Position numbers and translations under genes: made by a program
Source of the DNA: Nitrosopumilus sp.
GTDB lineage: Archaea > Thermoproteota > Nitrososphaeria > Nitrososphaerales > Nitrosopumilaceae
NCBI GenBank assembly: GCA_963667665.2
Contig: OY763927.2
Coordinates: forward strand, 64,001 to 128,000
DNA length: 64,000 nucleotides
Reading direction: 5' to 3'
Shown here: piece after piece, positions 17,082 through 28,739 of the stretch
Layout of the letters: each line of letters starts with the position of its first letter
How positions within the stretch are numbered: the first letter of the stretch is position 1
Notes under the pieces: model-generated
Databases searched by the model: none
The model's input: only the letters and a program-made list of their open reading frames with translations
What the model was told of the DNA's origin: nothing

Positions 17082-18242
17082 TCAATTTGAGCTTTGGATT
17101 CTTTGTGGCTCTAGTTTCTTTCTTGACATTATAGCAAACAGTGTAACTCCTATTCCTATTATACAAAATATCAGATATGGTGTCTCATCTCCAAATGATT
17201 CTGTAATTGGACCGCCAATTATTGGTCCTATTGCCCAACCTATTCCAAAAACTGTTTCATATGCACCAATTAATCTTCCTGAAATTTCTTTTCTGGTCTT
17301 ACTTAAAATTATTTCTAATGTTAAGGGGAAAAATATACTAAACCCAAATCCCATTAGAATCAATGAAACTGCAAAACCAATAATTGAATCTGCAACAACT
17401 GATATGGCTAATCCAATTGATACTGCCATTGTTGCAGCAATCAAAGTCTGACTTGAATATTTTGCAAACTTTCCAACAAATGCAAGAGATACAACACGTG
17501 ATATTCCAAAAACAAAATACAATAACAGAATATCTGTAGCCCCCATTCCATTGTCATTTAGAAATGCTGGATAGATTGTGAGAATTATTCCAAAAGAAGA
17601 TGTACAGAAAATCAATAAGATTATTACTTCTGGAAATCTTTTCATCTCCTTAATTGATGAAAAAGATAATCGTTCATGATGAGTTCTAACTCTTTTTCTT
17701 GAGATAATTAGTGCAGAGATTATTGCAGTAGCCAGAATAAATGCTGTAATCTGAAATAGAATTCTGTAGGTAATATCAAGACCCTCCAGGAATACTGTAC
17801 CAAGTAATGGACCTACCATAAATCCAATAACGAAAAACATTGTAAACCAGGAAATGTTTTTGACTCTGTTTTTTTCTGTACTCTCAGTAGCGATTATAGC
17901 CTGACATGGTGGCCAAAAAAATGCATGAGCTATTCCTGTCATTATTCTGAATCCCATTATTTCTGGAACTGACTGTGCAATTGATAGAAGGTAAATTGAT
18001 GCGGAATTGATAGCAGCTCCTAATGCAAGTAGGTATCCACTGTTAAATCTGTCAAGAAGAATTCCTACAAAAAGTGGAATAAACATGTAAGGGATGAAAT
18101 TGGTTAATCCAATTAATCCAAGTTCAGAATACGTAGCACCAATGACATTTTTTGCAAATAATGGTAGAATTGGTCCGTGCAGTCCATATGAAATTCCAAT
18201 GATTAAAGCAGTAATGTTGACTAGAATCAGAGCTCTGTTCAT
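17082..18242 (-). CDS. MFS transporter
   Basis: About 12 hydrophobic segments; G.LLDRF motif A variant. Confidence 0.85.
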   Translation of the reverse strand: MNRALILVNITALIIGISYGLHGPILPLFAKNVIGATYSELGLIGLTNFIPYMFIPLFVGILLDRFNSGYLLALGAAINSASIYLLSIAQSVPEIMGFRIMTGIAHAFFWPPCQAIIATESTEKNRVKNISWFTMFFVIGFMVGPLLGTVFLEGLDITYRILFQITAFILATAIISALIISRKRVRTHHERLSFSSIKEMKRFPEVIILLIFCTSSFGIILTIYPAFLNDNGMGATDILLLYFVFGISRVVSLAFVGKFAKYSSQTLIAATMAVSIGLAISVVADSIIGFAVSLILMGFGFSIFFPLTLEIILSKTRKEISGRLIGAYETVFGIGWAIGPIIGGPITESFGDETPYLIFCIIGIGVTLFAIMSRKKLEPQRIQSSN

Positions 18243-18928
18243 TTGTAAGCTGCAACCATTATTGCTCCGCCCATAAGATCTTTCTCAAATTCTACTCTAG
18301 AAAATTTTTCTAATAACAATCCCTCAATCTTTTTGTTTTGAGGCCATCTTTTGAAAGTACCATGCAGCCTTCCAAACTTTAATCCAAGTCTTCCTCCTGC
18401 AATAAATGCAAGAATAGGAAGAATGCATCTCAGATAAAATGAAACACCTGCTCTGATAAATATCTCATCTGGTTTTCCCAAATCAACAATAACAAATCTT
18501 CCATCTTTTTTCAACACTCTATGAATTTCAGAAATTGCAATTCTCAAATTGATTGCATCCCTTAATGAATATCCACACAAAACTGCATCAAACTCCTCAT
18601 CTCTAAATGGAATGTGTTCAAAAACTCCGTTTATCATGTCTGGTGATGTTTCAAAATATTTGCTAGTATTTTTGAGCATAGGAACAAGAGGATCATAAAG
18701 TGTAATTGAAATTTTTCCATCAGTTTGCTTTAGTGCAGTCTTTGACATGTTACCAAAACCAGAACCTGCATCTAGAATTTTGTTGCCTGGAAGCACTCTT
18801 CCAGAAATTCCGCGATTTCTATGTTCGTCATCTTTGCCCAATGAAATAATAGAATTTACTTTATCATATACTGGAATAATTTCTCGAAGTACATCCATTA
18901 CTTCGCCCCAATAACTTCCTAAACCCAT
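18239..18928 (-). CDS. UbiE/MenG-family SAM-dependent methyltransferase
   Basis: YDKVNSIISLG, LDAGSGFG, EIHRVLKKDGR. Confidence 0.82.
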   Translation of the reverse strand: MGLGSYWGEVMDVLREIIPVYDKVNSIISLGKDDEHRNRGISGRVLPGNKILDAGSGFGNMSKTALKQTDGKISITLYDPLVPMLKNTSKYFETSPDMINGVFEHIPFRDEEFDAVLCGYSLRDAINLRIAISEIHRVLKKDGRFVIVDLGKPDEIFIRAGVSFYLRCILPILAFIAGGRLGLKFGRLHGTFKRWPQNKKIEGLLLEKFSRVEFEKDLMGGAIMVAAYK

Positions 18929-18978
18929 AATCTATCGTCTCTGAATACTTGTTTGAATAGTTTTCAAATCTAAAACTT

Positions 18979-19704
18979 TTATTCTGCAGCAAACTTTGAT
19001 GAGTTTTGAGAATAATTCTTTAAATCAGATTCAGAAACTTTTTCAAAAACTTTTTCTTTAGTTGTAATCTTTGCCATTTTAATATCCTTGATTCCATCTT
19101 TTTGTTCAGCTTTTAGATTAATTGCAGCAATAGCTAAAGATGCAGCATCATCAATACTCATATCTGAGTTGTAGTGTTTTTCCAAAAAATCATTTACATC
19201 GTCAGCCCCTGCTCCAATTGCAACTGCTGCAAATTGTACATAAGTTCCACTAGGATCAGTTACATAGATTGATTCTCCTTTTTGATCAATTCCTGCAATT
19301 ATTAATGAAACGCCATTTGGACGAACTCCTCCATATTGTGTAAACTGATGAGATTGATCTGCTAAATGTTTAGCAACAGTTCCAACTTCAACTGATTCAT
19401 CATATGTCATTCTATTTCCTTGTGAAAAGAATCTTGCACTATCTACTTGAATACGTGCATCTGGGATATATCCTGCTGCGGCAACCCCGATATGAAAATC
19501 TACTTGGAAAATTTTTTGTGTGATATCTGCAGTTTGTAATGTTCTGGCTTTTTCTTCAACTGCCATGATAACTCCATCTTTACTGCAAATACCAATTGCT
19601 AAGGTTCCTCTTTTTACAGTCTCCATGGCATACTCGACTTGGTAAATTCTACCATCTGGCGAATACATGGTAGGCGTCATATCGTAACCGCGTGATGCCA
19701 TCAT
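18979..19704 (-). CDS. psmA: proteasome alpha subunit
   Basis: GYD..TMYSPDGRIYQVEYA, TQYGGVRP. Confidence 0.95.
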   Translation of the reverse strand: MMASRGYDMTPTMYSPDGRIYQVEYAMETVKRGTLAIGICSKDGVIMAVEEKARTLQTADITQKIFQVDFHIGVAAAGYIPDARIQVDSARFFSQGNRMTYDESVEVGTVAKHLADQSHQFTQYGGVRPNGVSLIIAGIDQKGESIYVTDPSGTYVQFAAVAIGAGADDVNDFLEKHYNSDMSIDDAASLAIAAINLKAEQKDGIKDIKMAKITTKEKVFEKVSESDLKNYSQNSSKFAAE

Positions 19705-19753
19705 AATATCACGAGTTCATTCCAAGTCAATTTAAGGGTAATTATCTTCCTGA

Positions 19754-19773
19754 ATATGGAAAAGATATGGAAA
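19754..19773 (+). promoter_or_regulatory. tandem direct repeat ATATGGAAA-AG-ATATGGAAA upstream of putative BRE/TATA
   Basis: 9-bp repeat with 11-bp period just before TTTTAAG (about 19779) upstream of the wHTH gene. Confidence 0.35.
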
Positions 19774-19814
19774 TAGAGTTTTAAGCGAAATTTGCTTTCT
19801 TTTCTTTAAGATAC

Positions 19815-20198
19815 ATGACTAATCAACTCCTAGAATTCAAAGAAATTATTAGATCTAAACAAGTTTCTGCGCAAAGAAAACCCGATAAACAAACTAGAAA
19901 GCTGTTACTTTACTTGTTTACTAGTACTAGAGGTGGATTTACTCGATTACGCATTATAATGCACTTGCTTGATCAACCATACAACACTCATCAATTATCA
20001 AAAGAACTTGATCTTGATTACAAAGCAATTCAACACCACATGAAAGTGCTAGAGAAAAATAACATGGTATCAAAAATTGGCGAAAAATATGGTGCAATAT
20101 TTCATTTGTCAACTTTCCTTGAAATTAACATAAGTGTACTTGATGAAGCAATTGAAAAACTAGATAGAAAAATGAATTACAAAAAGGTCTATCTATAA
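19815..20198 (+). CDS. ArsR-like winged-helix transcriptional regulator
   Basis: STRGGFTRLRII..PYNTHQLSKELDLDYKAIQHHMKVLEKN..YG. Confidence 0.85.
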   Translation: MTNQLLEFKEIIRSKQVSAQRKPDKQTRKLLLYLFTSTRGGFTRLRIIMHLLDQPYNTHQLSKELDLDYKAIQHHMKVLEKNNMVSKIGEKYGAIFHLSTFLEINISVLDEAIEKLDRKMNYKKVYL

Positions 20199-20271
20199 TT
20201 TCATATTCATAAACTGCGATCATCGATTTTAACCAAAAATATATAATCTTAGACCATCAAATACGATTAAC

Positions 20272-21546
20272 TTGTTCAAGAGTGATCCTTTTGCAAATGC
20301 AACTAAACAAGTTAATGATGCATGTGACATTCTTGGAATTAAAGACAAAGGTTTGCGTGAATATCTTGCAATGCCAAACAAAGTTTTGAGAGTAAAGATT
20401 CCAGTAAAAATGGATAATGGTAAAATTAGAATTTTCACAGGTTTTCGAAGTCAACATAACAATGATAGAGGTCCCTACAAAGGAGGTATTCGTTACTTTA
20501 ATCCAGAAGGTGGAGTTGAATACATGGAACGTGAAGTTATGGCACTGTCTTCATGGATGACATGGAAATGTGCAATTGTTGATATTCCATTAGGTGGCGC
20601 AAAAGGTGCAATCTATGTAAACCCTAAAACAGAAAAAATTAGCGATGCAGAATTAGAGAGACTAACAAGAGGATTTGCATTCAAAATTTCTGAAATTATA
20701 GGACCTCAAAAAGATATTCCAGCTCCTGATGTTTACACAACAGGTAGAGAGATGACTCAAATTATGGACACATTTAGCAAACTAAACGGTAACCAATCTA
20801 CTCCAGCTGTAATTACTGGAAAGCCAATTTCAATGGGAGGCTCACTTGCAAGAAATGTTGCAACTGGATTAGGAGCAGCATATTGTGTGAGAGAAGCTGC
20901 AAAGCAATTGAAACTAAATCTAAAAGGTGCCAAAGTTGTTTTGCAAGGATTTGGAAATGCATCAACATTTGCAGGAGAATCTCTTGAAAAGATGGGTGCT
21001 AAAGTAATTGCAGTTAGTGACTCTAAAGGTTCCATTTCTATTCCAAATGGTGCAAAGGTTAGTAAAATTTTAGAACACAAACAAAAGAAAGGCTCTGTTG
21101 TTGGATTTCCTGGAAGTAAAAAGATCTCAACTGAACAATTACTTACTACTAAATGTGACATTTTAGTTCCTGCTGCACTAGAAAATCAAATCAATGCAAA
21201 GATTGCCAAGAATCTGAAATGTAAAATTATTGCAGAAGCTGCAAATGGTCCAACACTACCAGAAGCTGATCCAATTATTTACAAAAAGAAAATTATGGTA
21301 ATTCCTGATATTTTAGCAAACTCTGGTGGTGTCTGTATTTCATATCTAGAATGGGTTCAAAACAATATGGGTTACTATTGGACATTTGATGAGGTTGCAA
21401 AGAAAATGGAAGAAAATATCACAAAAGGATTCAAAGATGCATATGCCATGTCCAAAAAACACAAAATCAACATGAGAAAAGCTGCTATGGTTTTGGCAGT
21501 TGAAAGAGTAGTAGAAGCCTTTAATCAAAAAGGTATTTGGCCATAA
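20272..21546 (+). CDS. gdhA: glutamate dehydrogenase
   Basis: GPYKGGIR, PLGGAKG, DIPAPDV, QGFGN, EAANGP, NSGGV. Confidence 0.93.
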   Translation: MFKSDPFANATKQVNDACDILGIKDKGLREYLAMPNKVLRVKIPVKMDNGKIRIFTGFRSQHNNDRGPYKGGIRYFNPEGGVEYMEREVMALSSWMTWKCAIVDIPLGGAKGAIYVNPKTEKISDAELERLTRGFAFKISEIIGPQKDIPAPDVYTTGREMTQIMDTFSKLNGNQSTPAVITGKPISMGGSLARNVATGLGAAYCVREAAKQLKLNLKGAKVVLQGFGNASTFAGESLEKMGAKVIAVSDSKGSISIPNGAKVSKILEHKQKKGSVVGFPGSKKISTEQLLTTKCDILVPAALENQINAKIAKNLKCKIIAEAANGPTLPEADPIIYKKKIMVIPDILANSGGVCISYLEWVQNNMGYYWTFDEVAKKMEENITKGFKDAYAMSKKHKINMRKAAMVLAVERVVEAFNQKGIWP

Positions 21547-21548
21547 AC

Positions 21549-21926
21549 TTAGGCTAGGTACGATTCGTAACAAACTAGTTGTTCAATATACATTATCTTG
21601 CCCTTAGTAATTTCTCGTAGTTTTCTTTTGAAAGAAAGATCAATTTTTGTTCTTCTTTGCAATAATTGAATTGTTTTATCAGTTAATGTTCTACCTTTTT
21701 TGTCTCTGTCAAAAAGAATAATCAATCTTTTATATTTTGAAACTGAATCAGCAAAATCAATCATTCCTGCAAATTTGTAAAATTCTAAAACTTTTCCAGT
21801 GTAACCTAATTTTTTTAATGCAATAGAATCTCTTTTACCTTCAACTACTACTGTACTATCTTCTAAAGAGTTTAACTGAAAAATAAAATTCTTTAATTCT
21901 ATAATTTCTTGTTCTGTAACAAGCAC
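21549..21926 (-). CDS. small TOPRIM domain protein
   Basis: VVVEGKRD and LFDRDKKG motifs. Confidence 0.8.
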   Translation of the reverse strand: MLVTEQEIIELKNFIFQLNSLEDSTVVVEGKRDSIALKKLGYTGKVLEFYKFAGMIDFADSVSKYKRLIILFDRDKKGRTLTDKTIQLLQRRTKIDLSFKRKLREITKGKIMYIEQLVCYESYLA

Positions 21927-21975
21927 ATTTTTTATTTCACTTTAACATATTAATCACTTTTTTCAATAGAAAATA

Positions 21976-22659
21976 ATGTCTGACGTTTTACTTGTACAAA
22001 ATACCAAAACTGAAGGTTCTGGATATCTAGGAGAACTTCTCAATGATGATGGATTTGATATAACTTCAGTTAATGCAAAACATGAACCACTTCCTAAGAA
22101 AGATGTTTCACTTGTTGTAATTTTAGGAGCACCTGAAAGTGCAAATGATAATTTACCATATCTTCAAGCAGAACAACAACTTATCAAAAATTGTGTTGAG
22201 AAAAATATTCCTGTGCTGGGAATTTGTTTAGGATCGCAATTAATTGCTAAAACTTTTGGTGCCAAAGTATACAGTGGCCCACGAAAAGAAATTGGATTTT
22301 ACAATGATTTGAAAATTCATAATGACACTTTATTTTTTTCTGGTTTCAAAAATCCTTTTACTGTCTTTCATTGGCATGGTGATACCTTTGATTTACCTGA
22401 AAATGCAGTTAGATTAGTCTCATCTGAGCATTATCTGAATCAAGCATTTCAGTACAAAAGCGCAGTTGGATTACAATTTCATTTGGAGGTAAATGAGGAA
22501 ATGGTCAATTACTGGCTTGATAGAACTGAGGAAAAACTAGAAAATATTCCTAATGTAGATCCACAAAAAATTCGTTTAGATATTGATGAAAATATTTCAA
22601 CTGTAAAATCAAATATGAAAAATTTTTACAACAACTTCAAATCATCATTTGATCTTTGA
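21976..22659 (+). CDS. class I glutamine amidotransferase (GMP-synthase-like, stand-alone)
   Basis: GICLGSQ, FHWHGD, LQFHLE catalytic triad. Confidence 0.88.
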   Translation: MSDVLLVQNTKTEGSGYLGELLNDDGFDITSVNAKHEPLPKKDVSLVVILGAPESANDNLPYLQAEQQLIKNCVEKNIPVLGICLGSQLIAKTFGAKVYSGPRKEIGFYNDLKIHNDTLFFSGFKNPFTVFHWHGDTFDLPENAVRLVSSEHYLNQAFQYKSAVGLQFHLEVNEEMVNYWLDRTEEKLENIPNVDPQKIRLDIDENISTVKSNMKNFYNNFKSSFDL

Positions 22660-22701
22660 CCAAAGTTTAATATACTTAGTTTTGATTTTATCGATCGAAC
22701 C

Positions 22702-24819
22702 ATGGTTGCAGTAAAGAAAATTTTTGAAGAAATTATTCAAACTAAACACAAAGTCATTACAGAAGAATTATCAAAATCAATACTCAAAAGTTACGGAGTC
22801 AAAGTTCCACCTTTTGCACTTGTAACCTCTGCTGATGAAGCAGCAAAACAAGCAAAAAAGATTGGTTTTCCACTTGTAATGAAAGTAGTATCACCACAAA
22901 TCTTACACAAAACTGATGTTGGTGGAGTTAAAGTTGGATTAGAAAATGTCAATGATGTAAAAAAGACATTCAATGATATGTATGGCAGACTTTCTAAAAA
23001 GAAAGGAGTTGATGTTAAAGGAATACTTCTTGAAAAGATGGTTCCAAAAGGTGTTGAACTAATTGTTGGTCTTCAAAATGATTCTCAATTTGGTCCTGTA
23101 ATTATGGTTGGACTCGGTGGTATAATGACTGAAGTTATGAAAGACGTTTCATTTAGAATGCTACCAATTACAACTTCAGATGCAAAATCAATGATTAATG
23201 AACTCAAAGGCTCGAAACTTCTAAAAGGATTCAGAGGAAGTGCACCAATTGATCTTAATATGGTTGCAAACATGTTAGTTAGAATTGGAAAACTAGGAGT
23301 TGAAAACGCTGACCATTTCAACAGTATTGACTTTAATCCAGTAATAGTTTATCCAAAATCTCACTATGTTGTAGATGCAAAAATTCTTCTTAATGATAAA
23401 GTAAAGAAAAATTCTATCTCAAAGGCTAAACCAAACAAAGAAAACATGGAGACATTCTTTACTCCAAAATCTGTTGCACTAGTTGGTGCATCATCAACTC
23501 CAGGAAAGATTGGAAACTCTATCTTAGACAGTTTGGTAAATTATGATTTCAAAGGAAAGGTTTACCCAATAAATCCAAAGGCTGATAAAATCTTTGGACA
23601 AAAATGCTATCCAACAGTTTCAGCAGTTCCAGGTAAAATTGATCTTGTTGTAATTTCAGTAGATTTGTCTATGACTCCTCCTGTCTTAGAAGACTGTGCA
23701 AAGAAAGGAGTTCACAGTGTAGTAATTGTTTCAGGTGGAGGAAAAGAGCTTGGCGGAGAACGTGCAGCATATGAATCTGAAGTAGCGAGATTATCTAAAA
23801 AACACAAAATTAGAATTATTGGTCCTAATTGTATTGGAATGTTCAATGCTGCTAATCGCCTTGATTGTGCATTCCAAGGACAAGAAAGAATGCTACGTTC
23901 AAAATTAGGTAATGTTGCATTTTTCTCACAAAGTGGAACCATGGGAATTAGTATGTTAGAAAGTGCTGATGTGTTTGGTTTATCCAAGATGGTTAGTTTT
24001 GGTAATCGTTCTGATGTTGATGAAGCAGATATGATATGGTATGCTGCAAATGATCCTCAAACAAAAGTAATTGGACTATACGTTGAAGGATTTGGTGATG
24101 GACGAAAATTCATCAATACTGCCAAACGTGTTATGAAAGAAACAAAGAAACCAATAGTTATTTGGAAGAGTGGAAGAACTGCAATTGGTGCAAAACAAGC
24201 TGCATCACATACAGGCTCACTTGGAGGCTCAAATGCAATCATTATGGGTGCATTCAAGCAAGCAGGAATTATCTCTGTTGACAGTTATCAACAACTAGCT
24301 GGCGTCTTAAAGGCACTAGCATGGCAACCAGCTGCAAAGGGAAATCGTGTTGCTATGACTAGTAATGGTGCTGGTCCAATGATTGGTGGAATGGATCAAT
24401 TAGAAAGATTTGATCTTACAATAGGAAAGTTATCACCAGAACGTGTCAAAAAAATGAAGGCTCATTTTCCAATAGCTGTTCCTATTCATAGCGGTAATCC
24501 AGCAGATGTAGGTGGCGGTGCAACTGCAGAAGATTATAGATTCGTCATTCAACATTTCATGGAAGAAAAAAATATTGATATTGCAATGCCATGGTTTGTC
24601 TTCCAAGATAATCCACTTGAAGAAACAATTGTTGATTATCTTGCTGATTTCCAAAAGAAAAGAAAGAAACCACTTTTAGTTGGATGTAATGGTGGTCCAT
24701 ATACTGAAAAAATGGTAAAATTGATTGAGAAATACAATGTTCCAGTTTATCAAGACCTTCGAACTTGGGTTGAAGCTGCAGGTGCATTAGTTCAATTGGG
24801 CAAAATACAAGGAAAATAG
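22702..24819 (+). CDS. ADP-forming acyl-CoA synthetase, likely 3-hydroxypropionyl-CoA synthetase (3HP/4HB cycle)
   Basis: ATP-grasp ([10 protein letters not shown]) plus CoA-binding (GPNCIG, SHTG) domains; adjacent crotonase as for N. maritimus Nmar_1309/1308. Confidence 0.85.
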   Translation: MVAVKKIFEEIIQTKHKVITEELSKSILKSYGVKVPPFALVTSADEAAKQAKKIGFPLVMKVVSPQILHKTDVGGVKVGLENVNDVKKTFNDMYGRLSKKKGVDVKGILLEKMVPKGVELIVGLQNDSQFGPVIMVGLGGIMTEVMKDVSFRMLPITTSDAKSMINELKGSKLLKGFRGSAPIDLNMVANMLVRIGKLGVENADHFNSIDFNPVIVYPKSHYVVDAKILLNDKVKKNSISKAKPNKENMETFFTPKSVALVGASSTPGKIGNSILDSLVNYDFKGKVYPINPKADKIFGQKCYPTVSAVPGKIDLVVISVDLSMTPPVLEDCAKKGVHSVVIVSGGGKELGGERAAYESEVARLSKKHKIRIIGPNCIGMFNAANRLDCAFQGQERMLRSKLGNVAFFSQSGTMGISMLESADVFGLSKMVSFGNRSDVDEADMIWYAANDPQTKVIGLYVEGFGDGRKFINTAKRVMKETKKPIVIWKSGRTAIGAKQAASHTGSLGGSNAIIMGAFKQAGIISVDSYQQLAGVLKALAWQPAAKGNRVAMTSNGAGPMIGGMDQLERFDLTIGKLSPERVKKMKAHFPIAVPIHSGNPADVGGGATAEDYRFVIQHFMEEKNIDIAMPWFVFQDNPLEETIVDYLADFQKKRKKPLLVGCNGGPYTEKMVKLIEKYNVPVYQDLRTWVEAAGALVQLGKIQGK

Positions 24820-25617
<798 letters not shown>

Positions 25618-25745
25618 CTATTTCCAACTTTTTTATTTTATTCAGATTACTACTGTAACTATAGAAAAATAGGCTGATCTCTTAAATCCATAGTGGGCTG
25701 GGTAGCAAAAGCTTATTATAATTTGAACATGCTTTTCTCTATATA

Positions 25746-26096
25746 ATGGCAACCGAACAAACACAAAAGCTAATCACAATTACTGCAAAAGCAGCTGAAA
25801 AAATCAAAGAATTCATGAAAGAAGAAGCAGAAGCCCCAGAATATCTTAGAGTATATGTTCAAGGTGGCGGTTGTTCTGGTCTATCTTATGGAATGGGCTT
25901 TGAAAAAGCACCAGAAGAAGACGATATCGTCATGGAGGAAAGTGGAGTAAAATTCCTAGTTGATAGTTACAGCATTGATCATCTTCAAGGTGCAAATGTA
26001 GACTATATTGAAAGTCTAATGGGATCTGGATTTAAAATTAACAATCCAAATGTTACAAAATCCTGTTCATGTGGTTCTTCTTTTAGTACAGAATAA
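25746..26096 (+). CDS. A-type Fe-S cluster carrier (IscA/ErpA/HesB)
   Basis: GGCSGLSY and CSCGSSF motifs. Confidence 0.92.
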   Translation: MATEQTQKLITITAKAAEKIKEFMKEEAEAPEYLRVYVQGGGCSGLSYGMGFEKAPEEDDIVMEESGVKFLVDSYSIDHLQGANVDYIESLMGSGFKINNPNVTKSCSCGSSFSTE

Positions 26097-26244
26097 ACAA
26101 CAAAATTTTTCATTTTTAGATCTCTCTAGCAATTGCTATGCAAACAGGCTTAAAAATTTCATGACTGCAGTGCAAATTTTTGCGATACCCTCATATATCG
26201 AAAGCAGAAACCCAAATTATGAATATTAAGGAGATGAATAGTTT

Positions 26245-27387
26245 ATGCCTCAATCAGGAATTGTCAAATATCACGTTAAACTTTCCTATGAAGTCGATGG
26301 ACTCGTTGAAAGAGCAGATATAATCGGCGCAATCTTTGGTCAAACAGAAGGTCTGTTAGGCCCAGAGATGAATCTGAATGAACTGCAACGAGTTTCCAAA
26401 GTAGGACGTATTGAAGTTGATGCAAAATCAACAGCTAATACTACAACTGGTACTGCTATAATCCCCATGAGTACTGATATTGATACTTGTGCATTAATTG
26501 CTGCAGGAATTGAAAGCATTGACAAAGTAGGTCCGTTTGATTGTAAATTTAGATTAGATACTATTGATGATGTAAGAGCTGCCAAGAAAGACGATATTGT
26601 AAGACGTGCTAAAGAAATCAAGCAAAAATGGGCAACAAAAACCGTTAGTGAAGGTGAAACCATGCTAAATGATGTACACAGAGGTGATGCTGGAAAACTA
26701 TCAACATATGGACCATCAAAACTTACATGCAGTTCTGGTGTCTTTGATTCTACTTGGGTAATTCTTGTTGAAGGAAGAGCTGATGTGATTAATCTTTTAA
26801 GAGCAGGATATGATAATGTGCTTGCAATTGAAGGCGCAAAAATTGATGAGTCAATCAAAGAACTATGCAATACAAAAGATACTGTTGTTGCATTCCTTGA
26901 TGGAGATAGATCCGGTGGATTTATTCTCAAAGAACTCAAATCTGTTGTTACATTAGACTATGAACTTCAAGCAGATAACGATACTGAAGTTGAAGAATTA
27001 ACTCCACAAAGAATTGATGAAATTCTAAGCCCTATTGCAAATGAAATTAAAGTTGGAAAACCTGCACCATCACTCAAAAATGAAGACGACAAACCAATTG
27101 TAGAGGTTGCATCAAAGGTTTTCCCAAATCTTAATGAAACACTTGAAGCAGTTGCATTAGATAGTGATCAAAAGGAAATTTTCAAAGTTCCAATCAGTGA
27201 GGTTGTTAGTAAATTATCCTCACAATCAGGAATCAAATATCTTCTACTAGATGGAATTATAACTCAAAGACTATTAGAAGGTGCCAAAAATGCTGGCGTT
27301 GAATGTGTTATTGGACATAGAGTTGCTAAACTATCTAACTCTGATGAAATGACGCTTAAAACATTTAGCGATTTAGGTATTGCATAG
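26245..27387 (+). CDS. dnaG: archaeal DnaG (exosome-associated TOPRIM protein)
   Basis: IIGAIFGQTEGLLG, LVEGRADV, DGDRSG. Confidence 0.92.
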   Translation: MPQSGIVKYHVKLSYEVDGLVERADIIGAIFGQTEGLLGPEMNLNELQRVSKVGRIEVDAKSTANTTTGTAIIPMSTDIDTCALIAAGIESIDKVGPFDCKFRLDTIDDVRAAKKDDIVRRAKEIKQKWATKTVSEGETMLNDVHRGDAGKLSTYGPSKLTCSSGVFDSTWVILVEGRADVINLLRAGYDNVLAIEGAKIDESIKELCNTKDTVVAFLDGDRSGGFILKELKSVVTLDYELQADNDTEVEELTPQRIDEILSPIANEIKVGKPAPSLKNEDDKPIVEVASKVFPNLNETLEAVALDSDQKEIFKVPISEVVSKLSSQSGIKYLLLDGIITQRLLEGAKNAGVECVIGHRVAKLSNSDEMTLKTFSDLGIA

Positions 27388-27396
27388 GCTTTCTAG

Positions 27397-28080
27397 ATGT
27401 CTGAACTAAAAATTCAGCACCTCTTAACTCTCTCTTTTCTTCTAACTAAAGGCGCAAAACACAACTATGTTACTATCACAACTTCATCTCTTGGAAAAAA
27501 TATCAAAAAATCACAACAAGCTGCATCAAAACATCTACTTGAGTTAGAACAAAATCTATTCATTGAAAGAATAGTCAGTGGAAGAAACATTTCAGTAAAA
27601 ATTACTTCAAAAGGTTTTTCTGAAATGGTTAAACTCTCAGCTATTTTACAAAAAAGTTTGGATTCTTCTCCTTCACATGTAATTCTAAAAGGAATTCTAG
27701 TTTCTGGAATGGGTGAAGGTGCATACTATATGGGATTGAAAGGATACACAAAACAATTCAAACCAAAAATTGGATACATTCCGTTTCTAGGCACTCTTAA
27801 TGTTAAATTAGATCAAAAAATTCACCAAGAAGCAATTAAACAATTTGAAATTTTGGAAGGTATCAAAATTAAGAGCTTTTCAGATGGTAAACGAACCTAT
27901 GGATGGGTAAAATGTTTTCCAGCTAAACTCAACAACTCAATTAATTGTGAATTAATAATACTTGAGCGAACTCATCATGACGCTTCTATAATTGAGTTAA
28001 TATCAAAAGTCTGTATAAGGGAAACTGGAAAACTAAAAGATGGATCAAAAGTTTCAATCAAAATTCCAATTAATTCCTAA
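27397..28080 (+). CDS. ribK: CTP-dependent riboflavin kinase with N-terminal wHTH (RbkR-like)
   Basis: SQQAASKHL HTH; SGMGEG.YY, GTLN, ERTHH. Confidence 0.88.
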   Translation: MSELKIQHLLTLSFLLTKGAKHNYVTITTSSLGKNIKKSQQAASKHLLELEQNLFIERIVSGRNISVKITSKGFSEMVKLSAILQKSLDSSPSHVILKGILVSGMGEGAYYMGLKGYTKQFKPKIGYIPFLGTLNVKLDQKIHQEAIKQFEILEGIKIKSFSDGKRTYGWVKCFPAKLNNSINCELIILERTHHDASIIELISKVCIRETGKLKDGSKVSIKIPINS

Positions 28081-28694
28081 ATTCCGTGAATGTCTTCTCC
28101 ATACTCTTTTTGAATTTTAGAGCTAGAGCTTTCAGGGATTGGTGATTGCAATCTTGCAACTTTTGCATCAAGATTGATTCTCTTACATCCATCTGTAATG
28201 AATTTCTCTTGATGAACTTGATCATAACCTAATGCAATAATTTGTGGCTTTACAAGATTAACTGTCTTGAAAATATCATTTTCTTGTCCTATGAGACAAA
28301 GGTTTACCATAGAAAGTGAATTTACTAATTCTTGTCTTTGTTTTTGAGTATGTAGTGGTTTTCTTTTCTTCATCTTTTGAGATGTGGCATCTGTTGCTAC
28401 AACTACTACTAGAACATCCCCTAATGCTTTTGCCGCATTAAGTGTGGAAATATGACCTGGATGAATGATATCAAAAACCCCTCCAGATAATACCACGTGT
28501 AATGAATCTCGCCCAATTTCTGTAAGCGTGGTTCTGTCTTCGTTTACAAGTTGGTTTTTTATTAATTCATCAATCTTTGAGTTAATTGCGTCTAGTGACA
28601 GTAAACTTTGTTTCTTAATTTTTTCTAATACTGATTTTCCGTCAATTTGACAAACATACATGGCAGAAAGAATTGCTTTTTCATTTATTTCCAA
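28077..28694 (-). CDS. ribL: FAD synthetase (RibL-type cytidylyltransferase family)
   Basis: GVFDIIHPGH, IALGYDQ, SSSKI; next to riboflavin kinase. Confidence 0.78.
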   Translation of the reverse strand: MEINEKAILSAMYVCQIDGKSVLEKIKKQSLLSLDAINSKIDELIKNQLVNEDRTTLTEIGRDSLHVVLSGGVFDIIHPGHISTLNAAKALGDVLVVVVATDATSQKMKKRKPLHTQKQRQELVNSLSMVNLCLIGQENDIFKTVNLVKPQIIALGYDQVHQEKFITDGCKRINLDAKVARLQSPIPESSSSKIQKEYGEDIHGI

Positions 28695-28739
28695 TATTTT
28701 TCTTATTTTCAGACCCTTTCTTTAATTCATCTATATTGA

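Noticed and set aside
26340-26939. 199-aa antisense ORF (representative of the many 60-140 aa antisense ORFs in the track)
   Set aside because: Lies wholly opposite a well-conserved gene (dnaG); typical codon-bias shadow with no motifs
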